A DNA stretch of 64,000 nucleotides, taken from contig OX597829.1 of NCBI GenBank assembly GCA_951406725.2, forward strand, positions 33,666,001 through 33,730,000, in the 5' to 3' direction. The notes under the pieces were generated by a model. It had not been told where the DNA came from. It saw only the letters and a list, made by a program, of their open reading frames with translations, and ran no database searches. A program made the position numbers and the translations under genes. Shown here piece by piece: positions 1-13,558 of this stretch (position 1 is its first letter; each line of letters opens with the position of its first letter). This stretch comes from Octopus vulgaris (lineage: Eukaryota).

Positions 1-660
<660 letters not shown>

Positions 661-1445
661 ACCACCAAGTGTCGAAGTCCATCCCTTGACCAACTTTGCA
701 TACATGAGGCTGATAACGTCATAAGACTTTGAAGGCAGCTCCTTGAGCAACACTCTTTGTGTGATAATCTAGAATACATGCCGAAAGAAGTCGCACGACA
801 CTACCGCAACATATTAGATGAAAGGATGAGCCTATATTTGCAGAAGACTATGCATGGATGTGTAAGTAGAAAGCTCCATGATGATAATAACATTGATCAT
901 CAAAGCAGTCTATCATGGACCAATAGCAGATTACTACCTCCTACTTTGAAGGGTATGGAAATATCAACCAAGTACCTGATGCACAAAAAGAACAGAGATG
1001 TGGGAAAAGCCATAAATGTAATAACCAATGAGGACTTTGTGGAGTTCACACTGAAGATATCCCCCATATCATAAACAGTTGTCCGAAAATGTCATCACTG
1101 TATTATCTACTGATGAGACATGATGTAGCTATAATGAAATCTGTCGGAAGGATAATCCTGAGGACAAAGAAATAAAAACCCACAATATGGCAGAAGCCAT
1201 AGCCTCTCATAATGAAAAGGAATACTGGTGGAATGTACCAGTGTAGACCTCAATAAAGTGTACGCATAGCAGATCTGATATAATGATTTGGGATAGAGAA
1301 GAAAAACTCTGCACAGTGGCCGAAATTAGCTGCCCAGCAGATGTTAACATAAAGCTGAAGATGAGTGAAAAAGAGAACAACTACGCTGAACTACTGAGAA
1401 ATCTGCAGTTACTCTATACAGATTACAAGTTCAGGTTTATACCTG
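661..1445 (+). mobile_element. Degenerate R4/Dong-like non-LTR retrotransposon 3' part (zinc knuckle + restriction-like endonuclease)
   Basis: Frameshifted pieces read LCGVHTEDIPHIINSCPKMS..RHD (CCHC knuckle-like, about 1030-1125) and DLIMIWDREEKLCTVAEISCPADVNIKLKMSEKENNYAELL..FIPV, resembling the PD..D/E RLE domain and K..KY motif. Confidence 0.75.
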
Positions 1446-1963
1446 TAATGTGTTGCCGTCCATGATAAAGAAATTTTGAATGCTTGCCATGGTGAGTCTA
1501 CTGTCGTGAGAAAGAATCACTTCAAAGCTTGGTGTTTAGGAATTTTCTTTTACATCAAGTTCAAAATTTTACGCCAGCCGTTAAACTGCCACTACGTTGC
1601 TGTCCATTGTTAAGAAATGCCAGCCATGGTGACTCTACTATCCTCAGATTCTATCCCTTCAAACTTTGGTTTCCAGTATTTTATTATTTTTATTCAGCTC
1701 GCAAGTTCGTCTGTCCCTTTTAAATGTTAGTGTTTTGCTGTCTGCCTTGAAGCAGACCTTTCCGTTGCCACTGCCTGATATTTATGATTCATCTTTCTAA
1801 ATATTTTATTTCTCAACTTACTCAAGATCTTTTGTTGTTTATAAATGGGAGAGAGATAGATAAAGATAGAGAGTAAGAGAAAGCGAGGGAGAGTCCGAGA
1901 GAAAGGAAGAGTAAGAGAGTGGGAAAGTGAGAGAGAAAGGAGAGAGAAACAAAGAGGGAGAAT

Positions 1964-2280
1964 CATCATCATCATCATCATCATTGTTTAACGTCCGTTT
2001 TCCGTGCTAGCACGGGTTGGACAGTTTGACAGGGGTCTGGGAAGCCAGGAGGCTGCACCAGGCTCCAGTCTGATCTGGCAGTGTTTCTACAGGTGGATGA
2101 CCTTCCTAATGCCAACCACTCTGTGAGCGTTGTGGGTGCTATTTTCGTGCCGCCGGCACAGGTGCCGGGGGGCTCGCTGCGGCAACGATTGGTTGGTGCT
2201 TTTTACGTGCCACCAGCACAGAAGCCAGTCAAGGCAGCGCTGCAATCGGCCACGTTCGGATGGTGCTTTCTATGTGCTGA
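1964..2280 (-). mobile_element. 3' end of (GAT)n-tailed RTE-family LINE (5'-truncated copy)
   Basis: (CAT)n tail followed by GTTTAACGTCCGTTTTCC..GGGTTGGACAG, matching the terminus attached to the RT-bearing copy at 52822-54520. Confidence 0.8.
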
Positions 2281-2345
2281 AAGGAAGCAACAGAAAGTAA
2301 CAACCACACTCTTACCCACGCGTAGAGCGGGTCACCTTCAGCTAG

Positions 2346-4563
2346 TCTCTATATATAAAACTGAAATGCGTTTTTACCGCTTGGATCGCTTTCAATGCCA
2401 CTACATCCCGTCCAATTCGCTCCAAAATTTACAGGGACATGTAGAATGAGGTGACGATGCCTGTGGGCTACCTTAGAAATCCTTAAAAGGTGTGGTTGCT
2501 AGGGGCCATCTTCCTCACTCACGCTATTACCCTCTCACTCCCCTTCATTTATATCTTTGACAAGCCACTCCCATTATTTAATGTATCTTCCTAAACTCAC
2601 TCTTGCTATTTCCTCTCTTTTTCACTCACTCTGTTTCCTACCTTCCCATCACTTCGGCGTTCTTTTATGTATCTGTCTGTCACCAACAACACACAAGCAT
2701 GAGAACAAATATTATGAATCAGATATTCTTGCGTTCATTTATATGTGTGTGTGTGTGTGTGTTCTATATATAAATATGTATATATAATGTATATATACAA
2801 AGTGTATATATCTGTATTTATGTATATTAAACTTTTTCATACTTTTTCATAGTTATATATATTTTTAAACAAATTATAAATATAATTTAATAATTTTTAT
2901 TTTCAATTGACGATTAAAAGGCTGGCGCAAATTTTTTAGCTTGATGTAACAGAGAATTGCTAAACACCCGCTCCTTTAAATTTTAATTCCCTTCCAGCCC
3001 CATTTAGACCCCTTTTCACATTTTGGTTAATATAACCCGATTTCATTTGGGTCTACTGGGGCCACATTTTATAAGATGAGGACTGAACCAAGTTTCCCAA
3101 GTTCTGGTCATAGACCATAGAACACTCAACCAAGTTTCCCGAGTTCTGGTCATAGACCATAGAACAGTCAAGCAAGTTTCCCGTGTTCTGGTCATAGACC
3201 ATAGAACACTCAACCAAGTTTCCCGAGTTCTGGTCATAGACCATAGAACACTCAACCAAGTTTCCCGAGTTCTGGTCATAGACCATAGAACAGTCAAGCA
3301 AGTTTCCCGTGTTCTGGTCATAGACCATAGAACACTCAACCAAGTTTCCCGAGTTCTGGTCATAGACCATAGAACACTCAACCAAGTTTCCCGAGTTCTG
3401 GTCATTTGCAGAATAAATAGAGACAGCGGAGGTGGCAGACATCGTTGCAATGTAAACATGATTTGTTTTAAGAGAAAGATTGTCCAGATTGTGTGTTGGT
3501 GGTGGTGGTGGCGATGATAATTATCTTTACGAATGGAGATAAAGAGAAATTGAAGGGGAGTTAGAGGTAGAAAGAAAAGGTGTAAATTTTGGAGTGAATC
3601 TGACGGGATGTAGTGGGCTTTAACCCCGACAAAAAAAATAATATCTGTTGCGTTTCTGAAAGAGGTGAAGTAGGAATATTGAAACTTTTGCGGCTGTCAT
3701 TGATAGACTCGTTGTAGAATAAATAGAGATGGCGAAAAAAGAGAGAGCTCGAGAAAGAAAAGGTGATATATGAAAGAAAGGACGGGAAAATGAAATATTT
3801 TGCAATGTAAACATGATTTGTTTTAAGAGAAAGATTGTCATGATTGTGTGTTGGTGTTGGTGGTGGTGGCGATGATAATTATCATTAGGAAAAAGAGTGA
3901 GTGAATGAGGAAGACATATACATAAGTTGTGGCGATGATAATTCTAGACCCCTTTTCACATTTTGATGAAGAGAACCCGATTTCATTCAGGTCTACTGGG
4001 GCCACATATAGGTGTGTGTATGTGTGCACGCTGTAGAAATAAAATTAGAGATAAAACCACTAATAGGGAAATGAAACAGTAAAAAACCAAAAACAAAAAC
4101 ATAAAAATAAAAATATAATATTAGATATATGTATATATGTGTGTGTGTGTGTTGACAGGTAGACAATAGAATGCGATGGCGATGGCGATGTAATATTTGT
4201 TTCTGTCTATGAACGCAGATAGATACATGAGTAAAATGTATGGGAAGCTAAGAGATAGAGTGAGTGAAAATGTTCTTGGAGGAGAGGAAATAGCAAGAGA
4301 GTGATTTGAGGAAGACTTTACATTAAATAACGGGAGTGGACTTGTCAAATGAAGAGGAGTGAGAGGGTACTGGAGGAAATAGCGTGAGTGAGGAAGATGT
4401 CCCCTAGCAACCACACCTTTTAAGATAGGGATTTTTAAGGTAGCCCACGAGCATCGTCACCTCATTCTACATGTCCCTGTAAATTTTGGAGTGAATCGGA
4501 CGGGATGTAGTGGCATTGAAAGCGATCCAAGCGGTAAAAACGCATTTCAGTTTTATATATAGA
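2346..4563. mobile_element. Helitron-like composite bounded by about 300-bp inverted arms
   Basis: Both ends begin TCTATATATAAAACTGAAATGCG. About 2348-2650 is the reverse complement of about 4245-4563. The 5' motif resembles the terminus of the complete Helitron at 43810-44322. Confidence 0.6.
3086..3404. repeat. 42-bp minisatellite, about 7.6 copies
   Basis: Unit AACCAAGTTTCCCGAGTTCTGGTCATAGACCATAGAACACTC starting at 3086, 3128, 3170, 3212, 3254, 3296, 3338, 3380 (partial). Confidence 0.95.
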
Positions 4564-4944
4564 GTGGCTGTGTGGTAAGTAGCTTGCTAACCAACCACAT
4601 GGTTCCGGATTCAGTCCCACTGCGTGGCATCTTGGGCAAGTGTCTTCTGCTATAGCCCCTTGTGAGTGGATTTGGTAGACGGAAACTGAAAGAAGCCTGT
4701 CGTATATATGTATATATATATATATATATATAAGTATGTGTTTGTGTGCCTGTGTTTGTCCCCCTAGCATTGCTTGACAACCAATGCTGGTGTGTTTATG
4801 TCCCCGTCACTTAGCGGTTTGGCAAAGAGACCGATAGAATAAGTACTGGGCTTACAAAGAATAAGTCCCGGGGTTGATTTGCTCGACTAAAGGCGGTGCT
4901 CCAGCATGGCCACAGTCAAATGACTGAAACAAAAGAGTAAAAGA

Positions 4945-4945
<1 letters not shown>
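4563..4945 (+). mobile_element. tRNA-derived SINE, family A
   Basis: Head GAGTGGCTGTGTGG (A-box-like)..GGATTCAGTCCC (B-box-like), internal (TA)n, 3' CAGCATGGCCACAGTCAAATGACTGAAAC. Multiple copies in the window. Confidence 0.85.
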
Positions 4946-4984
<39 letters not shown>

Positions 4985-4986
<2 letters not shown>

Positions 4987-5281
4987 ATAGAAATGGTAAG
5001 ACAACAAAAGAATGAAAGAGACCTCGATATTATGTAAATAGAGGAATTTATCTGTAAATATATTATATGACAATTATTCGGTAGCCATGATAAAACTCCG
5101 AGTTTCTGATGTCAGGGCGGAAACCCACGCCACCATCTCTTCAGTTATCCGGCCATCGAAAAAATGCATTTTTTTCGATGGCTTGATAACTGAAGAGATG
5201 GCAGCATGGGTTTCCACCCCAACATCAGAAACTCAGAGTTTTATCATGGCTACCAAATAATTGTCACATATTATATTTACA

Positions 5282-5285
<4 letters not shown>
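4985..5285. mobile_element. Palindromic PLE-tail element with hammerhead-like motif in each arm
   Basis: Inverted repeat centred near 5167 (AAAAAATGCATTTTTT). + arm: GATAA-CTGAAGA-GATG..CATC-aGAAA-CTCAGAG-TT-TTATC. Flanked by (TA)n. Confidence 0.65.
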
Positions 5286-5319
<34 letters not shown>

Positions 5320-5369
5320 TTATTTACATTATTTACATTGTAATGTAAATAATGTATATATATATATAA

Positions 5370-5780
5370 AAATTTTCAGAATGAGATAAAAATCCAGGAT
5401 TTCAGAACATTTATAACGAGGTCTTACAGCTGTTTGGGGGATATTTTATATATCCCTTCATCAGAGACAGTGTGAGAAAATGGTTAAGCAATAGTTATAC
5501 TAGAGAAGGTATGAAATAGAGAGTGAAGTGGAGGAATGAAAATAGACGTGAGATATGCAGGGATATTGCATCTGCATATCTCACGTCTATTTTCATTCCT
5601 CCACTTCACTCTCTGTTTCATATCTTATCTAGAATAACTATTGCTAAACCATTTTCTCACACCGTCTCCAATGAAGGGATATATAAAATATCCAGGAAAC
5701 AGCTGTAAGACCTTCTCTGTATAAATGTTCTGAAATCTTTCACAGTCTTGGATTTTTATCTCATTCTGAAAATTTTTTTT
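5370..5780. mobile_element. Palindromic PLE-tail element with hammerhead-like motif in each arm
   Basis: About 190-bp arms centred near 5565. Motif GTCT-CTGATGA-AGGGATAT..ATATCCC..AAACAGCTGTA-AGAC on - (5421-5468) and a variant on + (about 5664-5711). Confidence 0.7.
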
Positions 5781-5916
5781 ATATATACGCATGGACTCCT
5801 CATTCACATAATCACCGAACCTGGAGCTTAACTATAGTATGTCCTTAGGACTTACTCAGCATTACCTGACACCTTTGGGTCTTCTTGACACCATTTCCTC
5901 TCATAACCTCAATTTC

Positions 5917-5967
<51 letters not shown>

Positions 5968-7129
5968 AAAGAAATAAGATGAAAAATCACAGATTCGTTT
6001 TAAAAGACTAAATATATTAGAATCATAATAGTAAAAGTATTATACAATATTGTACAAAATCAGATTTTTTTTTCTTCCAACATAACCATTTTCGTTATCA
6101 CTCTTCAAATTATGAGTTTTGGGGGAATTTCTGAATTACCATGTTTAAAACAAATCTGTATTTTTTCATCTTATTTCTTTTTGTATATATTCAACCATGT
6201 GTTATATATATATATATATATATATATACATCCCTATATAATAATACCATCCCTATATTTATTCATATATATATATATATACATATATATATACATGTAT
6301 GTATGTATGTATATATATAAATGTGTGTGTGTGTGTGTGTAAGGTCATTACTCTACTGGCACCATGTAACCAAGTACTACCTGTCACATGGTTGGGTCAG
6401 AGGTGACTAAACCGGCTCCCCTACCAATTCCACTTGGTGAGGAGGGTGTGTATTGGACACCCTGTAGGACTAAAAACAAGACCTGTAAAAGGGCGGAAGA
6501 ACTCTTAGGGGTCAACGGCCATCCAATTATTATATGTACATATGTATATAGTTGGCTGAATTGTGGATGTGCGTGCCAAGTGCATGTTTGGTGTGATGAA
6601 CTGTGGTAAGTGTTAGGCATGTGTGTGTGTATATATATTTATGTATATTTATTTAAATTTTTAATTCTTGATTATATGTGTGTACATTGCATGTATGTGT
6701 TCTCATCTTTGAGGGAACTGATATTTTATATATATATATTTGTATTTTTCCTTCTTTTATTTGATTTGTGTATATTTGTGGATGTAGTTAAAGGGGTAGA
6801 TGGAGCTCCTAGGTTTAATAAAGCTGTGGGGAAGGCAATCTGTCTAGGAGAAGTTAACTCTGAATTCAAATCCTTCATTGCTGTCTTGCCTTTGGTTGGA
6901 CAAAGACTGGGAGATGGACACTCTGGTATAAAGTCACTGGAGAGGTTAAACTCCGGGATGATAAAACATGTGACCTTCATAATCGATCAGTCGTCTTGCC
7001 TTGGTTTTGTCACCAGATATCAGATTTTGAGGGAGGAGTGGGAGCTGTACATGTCGTACAAGCATGTAGCATTGAAATTTAAATGTACAGATATCTCTTC
7101 AATTTCCGTGGCAATGGAATAGTATTGAC

Positions 7130-10100
7130 ATATGAAGGCTTAATGGGCTGGGAGTGCATAGTCATGAATCTGCACATGGGTGGCTCAAGGCCTGTCTAAC
7201 ATCCTTGCATTGTTGAAGGAACAGCAGCATGCCTCAGCATCTGAGCAGCCCTCTCTAGGGTAGCACTGCTCACCCAGAAATCTGGGAACGGTCTAGAAAA
7301 TGTAACCCAAACAAATGCCTGCTCTACCATCTAGCTGGTTGGCAACCTGCAGCTGATAGCTGTTCACTACAGCAGGAGGAATACAAAGAGAAGACATGCA
7401 AACAAGAAATCTTCTAACTCCGCCGGTTACGACGACGAGGGTCCCAGCTGATACGATCAACGGAACAGCTTGCTCGTGAAATTAACGTGCAAATGGCTGA
7501 GCATTCCACAGACACGTGTACCCTTAACGTAGTTCTCGGGGATAATCAGCGTGACACAGAGAGTGACAAGGCTGACCCTTTGAAATACAAGTACAACTCA
7601 TTTTTGCCAGCTGAGTGGACTGGAGCAACGTGAAATAAAGTGTCTTGCTCAAGGACACAACGCGTCGCCGGGAATCAAACTCACAACCTTACGATCATGA
7701 GCCGAATGCCCTAACCACTAAGCCACGCGCCCTCACAAACAAGAAATATAGATTATGGGTAGGTGTATGGAATGTCAGGACACTTCTCGATCATGAAGGG
7801 GCAAGTAACCCTGAATGGCAAACTAGCATAATAGCCAAGGAGTTGGCTTGGTATAACGTTGACATGGCTGCACTCTCTGAAACTTGGTTGAGTGATGAAG
7901 ATTAATTGACAGAAACAGGTGCTGGATACACTTTCTTTTGGAATAGTAAACCAAAGGGTGAAAAACGAGTAAGGGGTGTTGGTTTAGCCATTCATACTGA
8001 AGACACCCACAAAATAGAACAACCTAATGGTTTCAGTGATAGGATTATATATCTTTGTGCTCCTCTACCATACAATCGTTTTATGACTGTTATTTCTGTT
8101 TATGCTCCTACTCTTGATAGCAGCAGTGAATCTATTATGACTTTCTATGAAGATCTCAGATCAGTTATAATTTTGATTCCAAATGCAGATAAGATCCTCC
8201 TTCTTCTTGACGATTTTAATGCCTGTGTTGGATGTGATTATGAGACCTGGGATGCAGTATGGAGACATGGTTTGGGCAAAATGGATGCTAATGGTCTCCG
8301 TCTTCTTCAGCTCTGCACTGAACTTTATCTCATCATCTGCAACACTGTTTTTCATCAGAAGGATATCCATAAAGCTACTTGAATGCACCCAAGATCCAAA
8401 CATGGGCATATTCTTGATTACCTTATTACCAGGAAATGAGACCTTCCAGATGTTTGCACTGTCCACGACATGCACGGTGCAGAATGTGGGACTGACCATA
8501 TATTCATACGTGGTAAATTGAAATGTCGCATCATGCGTAGAATAAGATCTGGAGGAATAAAAGTCTCTAAATGTATTGATATGTTGAAATTAAGAAACTC
8601 TAAAGTGCAGGCGAATCTGAGAAATACTTTTGGAGAAGTGGAGTTTGATGGGACTTGGGCTCAGTTTAAGACACTATTTACAATGTTGGAGTTGAGGTTC
8701 TTGGTCTCAGAAACAGAAAACATCGAGACTGGTTTGAAGAAGATGATCCACAAATCAATAAACTTCTTGAAGATAAAAATAAGTTACACCAAAAATACCT
8801 CAGTGCCCCAGATGAGGACAAAAAGCCCTTACTTCAATCTCTCAAAAGGATAAAATCATAACTCCAAAGAAAGATACAACAAATTAAAAACAAATGGTAA
8901 TCAGATATTTCTGAAAAAATAAATCCTGAAAGTGTATAAGAGTAAAGACCTGAAAACAGTATATCACTTGATTGGACAAGTGTTTGGTCCTCAATCTTCA
9001 ATTGAGGTTCCACTTAAGTCTAAAGACAGTTGCTTTCTCTTCAAGGATCATGAAACATTGGACTGGGCACTTCACTGATCTCTTTTATAATCTTTCAGTT
9101 ATTGATGAAAATGCCATTAGCAATCTGCTCCAAAAGGACATCATTCATGAGATGATGGAACATCAAACTATAGATGAGATCAAAAAGGCAATCAAAAAAT
9201 TAAATACTGGGAAGGCACCATGTCTTGATGGTATTCCTGTTGAAATTCTCCTCCACAGTGTAAGAGGCTTGCTGTAGAGATCCACCATCAGACATCTGGT
9301 TGGGTGTTCCTGTTCCCCAGGACTGGGTTGATGCCATTTTAATTTCATTGTTCAAAGGAAAAAGATCCATATTCAAGTGTGACAATTACAGAGGTACAAG
9401 CCTGCTTGAAATAGTTGGTAAGAAATAGTCTGTCATCTTGGAGAGTCAGTGTGGTTTTAGATCAAGTCATGGCACAATGGACATGATTTTTTTCTGCTCG
9501 CCAACTCTAGGAGAAATGCATCAAACATCACATGGCTCTTTGCCAGTTATTTGTTAATTTAACAACAGCCTTTCATACTGTTAATAGGACTGTTCTCCAA
9601 ACCATTCTTAGTAAACTTGGATGTCCTCCTCAATTTGTCAACCTGTTTAAGCAACTTCATAGTGATATGAAAACTTGTCTTAACTTCAATGAGTGACTAT
9701 CGGAATCAATTTCCATCGATAGCAGAGTTAAACAAGGTGATATTGTGCTGCTCCAACACTTTTTCCATATATTTTGCAGTAACTATCTTGTGTGCTTTCC
9801 AAGACTGTGATATTGGTGTCTATATTCGCTTCAGAACCACAGGTAAGGTCTTTGATGTTAAATGCTTTAATGCAAAGTCGAAGACATTCCAGGCCATTTT
9901 TCAAGAGTTCTTAAATTCTTATGATGTAGTTTTTGTTGCTCACACCGAGGACATGCAGTCTATATTGGATCTCTTCTCTAAAGCTTGTATTGCTTTTGGA
10001 CTTAGCATCAGTCTAAAGAAAACAAAGATCATGTTCTCTCAGCCACCAAGCCAACACTATGTGGAACCTAACATCTTCAACCTGGATACAAGATTAGATG

Positions 10101-10430
10101 TGGTTGACTCGTTCATCTACTTCGGCAGCACTCTCTCTAAGAAACGTTTCAGGGATGCTGTCAAAAGCGATCTTAAGGCTCTTAATGTGAAAGTTGAAGA
10201 CTGGGAGGAGAAGATGCAAGATTGATCGGTTTGGAAACAAATGATCTACAATAGATGTAAAGCATTTGAAGCTCAAAGAATTGAACAATCTATCTTGAAA
10301 TGAGCACTTCGTAGACAGGACTTAACTACAATCCCAGACACTTTTCTGCTTAAAAGTATTTGTAAGGTCTGCAGTAGAGTTTGTTTGTCGAGAGCAGGAC
10401 ATGCTAGTCATAAGATCTCATGACAGTATT
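7130..10430 (+). mobile_element. Degenerate RTE (BovB-like) LINE with APE endonuclease and RT, internally deleted
   Basis: GVWNVRTLLD..AALSET, VISVYAPT, DDFNACVG, TDH (APE); GKAPCLDGIPVE, NYRGTSLL, GLSISLKKTK, FIYFGSTLS (RT); C-terminal CKVCSRVCLSRAGHASH. Many stops and frameshifts. Confidence 0.9.
7411..7736 (-). mobile_element. tRNA-derived SINE, family B, with TSD
   Basis: Minus-strand head GTGAGGGCGCGTGGCTTAGTGGTTAGG..GAGTTTGATTCCC, core GTGTCCTTGAGCAAGACACTT. Direct repeat AAACAAGAAAT at 7400-7410 and 7737-7747. Confidence 0.9.
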
Positions 10431-10500
10431 TATTAATTGAAGAGATGGCCTTCTTCTGTAAAGAAGTGGCAATCACCATATGTATGTATGTTTATATATA

Positions 10501-10553
<53 letters not shown>

Positions 10554-10800
10554 AACAAAGTCAAGGTAGAAAATGCTAAAATAATTTTATAAAAAACATT
10601 TCAGTACCGGTTTCAGTCATTGAGACTTTTTCAACTGTAAGTATGGAAAACAATTAAATTTTGGAAAAGTTAAAAGAAAAGTTTTTTAAAAAGAATATTT
10701 GCATAGTATTCAAATACAAGGGGCATTTTCCTTGTTTCTGCCTGTCTCTGTCTCTCTTGTTTACTCTTGTGGGTTTGAGGTTGTTGTAAATTCTTGGCAG

Positions 10801-10892
10801 AGGAGAAGAAGAAGAAGAAGAAGAAGAAGAAGAAGAAGAAGAAGAAGAAGAAGAAGAAGAAGAAGAAGAAGAAGAAGGAGGAGGAGGAGGAG
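10801..10892. repeat. (GAA)n-(GGA)n trinucleotide microsatellite
   Basis: About 24 GAA units followed by GGA units. Confidence 0.95.
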
Positions 10893-11379
10893 GTGCCATG
10901 ATAGTAGTGGGATGGTCAAGTGCCCTGAAAGTGACTTGTTGTGGATGGTAGTAGTGACTGAATTCTTGAGACATCTCTTTTGAATGCATTGTTTATAATA
11001 TTTGCCTAGGTGTTATTCTAAACAGCAATAGTAGTAAAGTAAGGAAGGAGGTGGGGAGAGGAAGAAGACAAAGAAGAAGAAGGGAAAAGAGAAGAGAGAA
11101 TAATAAAGGATGCAGGTGGTATGATAGTACTACCTGCATCCCATTCTCTCTTCCCATTTTTAATTTGACCTATCTCCTCTTTCTAATCATATACTTCTCC
11201 CCCCCCCCCCCCACTCTATCTATCCATTAACACTACCAACATATTTTAATTCACACCAAAAAAACCCCTCTATGCTTGGAATGACCAAATATAACCACCA
11301 TTGGAACTCACACACCAGGTACAAGAAAATTTCTTCACCAAAATATTTTTTCACTACTTATACACACCATTCTACTTGA

Positions 11380-11605
11380 ATAATGGAACTGCAAATACAA
11401 TATCTTTATGTATCTCACTTCTATATTCATTTTCTTACTTGTCTCTGTGCTTCTCTACAATAATTAATACTCAAACATTTTCTTGCACTGTCTCTAATGA
11501 AAGGATTTATAAAATATCCCAGAAACAGCTGCAAGGCCTTTTCTTGATAAATGTTATGAATTCTATTTACTGCCTTGGTTTTTTTTAATCTCTTTCTGTC
11601 AATTT
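11380..11605 (+). mobile_element. PLE-tail fragment related to 5370-5780
   Basis: GTCTCTAATGAAAGGATTTATAAAATATCCCAGAAACAGCTGCAAGGC aligns with the 5664-5711 hammerhead-like motif. Confidence 0.55.
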
Positions 11606-11620
11606 ATATATATATGTATG

Positions 11621-11652
<32 letters not shown>

Positions 11653-11703
11653 TGTATGTATGTATGTATGTATTATGTATGTATGTATGCATGCATGCAT
11701 GCA

Positions 11704-11734
<31 letters not shown>

Positions 11735-11917
11735 AAAGTGCAAGTGTAGATATTGTCTGTTTTTCTATTTTCTCTTAATTCTTTCTAAATATCATAGCAT
11801 CAATTAAATCTTCATATATTCTCCCTTTATCTTCTAATTAATTAATAATTTTAATAAATTTAGTAAATTAACCATACTTAGTTTTATATCTGTTTGTGTG
11901 TGTTTGTATACATATGC

Positions 11918-11955
<38 letters not shown>

Positions 11956-11968
11956 GTGTGTGTGTGTG

Positions 11969-12057
<89 letters not shown>

Positions 12058-12061
<4 letters not shown>

Positions 12062-12175
12062 CAACATACACTGGAAAAGGTAATGGACGAAAAGAGGAAA
12101 GCAAAAATCCTCTGGGACTTTGATTTCCATACAGAGAAAGTGTTAGAGCACTGAAGGCTGGATATAGTAACCTTT
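12058..12175 (+). mobile_element. Small R4/RLE non-LTR fragment
   Basis: YQHTLEKVMDEKRKAKILWDFDFHTEKVLEH*RLDIV resembles the ILWDF..RPDIV motif preceding the RLE domain. Confidence 0.6.
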
Positions 12176-12189
12176 AGGGGGGACAAATT

Positions 12190-13558
12190 TCAACCATATC
12201 AAGAAGTATTCTCAAAGTTTCCACTTCTCATGAGGATTCTAAGACACCCTAATGGGGACCTTAACTCACAAATTTTAGTAATTTCTTTTATGATCCAAAA
12301 CTAGGTCAAAAGTACTGAATGGATCTTTATGAAATTTGAAAATTATATTCTATATATTCTATATTCTATAAAGGGCCATAACCCCCAAGGCAATTCATAT
12401 ATTTTTGCTGTTGATGAAATTTTAACCATAGATATTAGACACAAATGAAGTAATATTTATAAAATTTCATCTTTTTACAAGTTAGGAAGACCCCTTCATG
12501 GGGACTTAACACCCACAATTTAGTCATTTTATCTAAGCAAAGACGAATACAGTTGTACTCTTGGAAGCTGTAGGGTCACTCGAGCATAAAAGATGGGCAT
12601 TATTTGTAATTCAATAGTACAACGGTGTAAGAGTTTGCTTTGAGATATACTTAGATTGTGATTTCTATTTAAATTGTCAAGTAAATGAGAGGCATCTTTG
12701 CCTCCACTGACTCAGTTGCAAAGTATTGAGTAAAGTTATTTGGTTTCAGACCTCCTTTCAGTCTTTTTATTATCACTGGGTTATACATAGTCCCCAGATG
12801 GTAACATTGATTTCAAGGCCTTCCCAGATGAGTGATTGGTTATTCAAAGACATTTATAGATTGTAAATTTATTCTGTCCAGTTACGTATCAGTATAGTGG
12901 TCATTTGCAAACTCCAGAGGTAACACTTTCATTTCTCCTTAGCCCTCACGTCACACAGTTGTTAATGTTTATTTCAGTTGCGTCATGCCCTTTCAATTGC
13001 TATAGATTCGTAATGCATCTTACGGCTGTACCTGTCACCTGGATGGTGAGGAATCCTCTTTTGGGAGTGGTAACAACTAGGATAGGGTAGATGACTGCTT
13101 ATTGTGATCATTCGTCATTTGGTTTCCCGTAGCTTTGCTCTCTTTTACAAACCCACTGAACATATATTTCCTATTTCAAAGAAATTCAAACAATAGATAT
13201 GACCCAAGTTAAAAAGATTTTTAACAATTCAACTTCTTTGGTTGACATTAAGACACCTACCCCCAATAGGGGCCTTAACTCTTACATTTTACAGCTCCAT
13301 GACCTCTATTTTTCAGGAGCAAAATCTTTTTAACAGGTTCTATAAGACTGGAATTTTGGGATCTGCATATAAAAATCAGTAGTATGGGATACATGTGCCA
13401 TGCTTACAATTTTTTTAGGGTATGTAAAGAGGGAAATAACCCTCATCTGCAATTTTGATGAAATTCGAAAGATATTCCAGTTCATTACAGAAAATATAAC
13501 AGAAAAGTATAATTCTTCAATTGCATGTAACACAGGCAACGCCGGGTATCTCTGCTAG
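12190..13558 (+). mobile_element. Non-autonomous Helitron-like element (3' end clear, 5' limit uncertain)
   Basis: Ends GGCAACGCCGGGTATCTCTGCTAG|T (subterminal GC-rich motif + CTAG). Internal repeats similar to GGGGACCTTAAC. Confidence 0.5.

Noticed and set aside
3086-3404. CRISPR-like array of palindromic repeats
   Set aside because: Units are contiguous with no unique spacers, there are no cas genes, and the context is eukaryotic.
3043-3459. Repeat-protein ORFs over the minisatellite
   Set aside because: Open only because the 42-bp unit is a multiple of 3 and lacks stops; no other coding evidence.
6610-7122. 170-aa ORF as a host exon
   Set aside because: Starts in low-complexity sequence and no domain is recognisable on either strand.
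7660-7736. tRNA genes at SINE heads (also about 38430-38498, 62840-62911)
   Set aside because: A/B boxes are present but continue into SINE cores flanked by TSDs; no complete cloverleaf is evident.
10654-10989. Poly-Ser / poly-Arg ORFs
   Set aside because: Artefact of the (GAA)n repeat.
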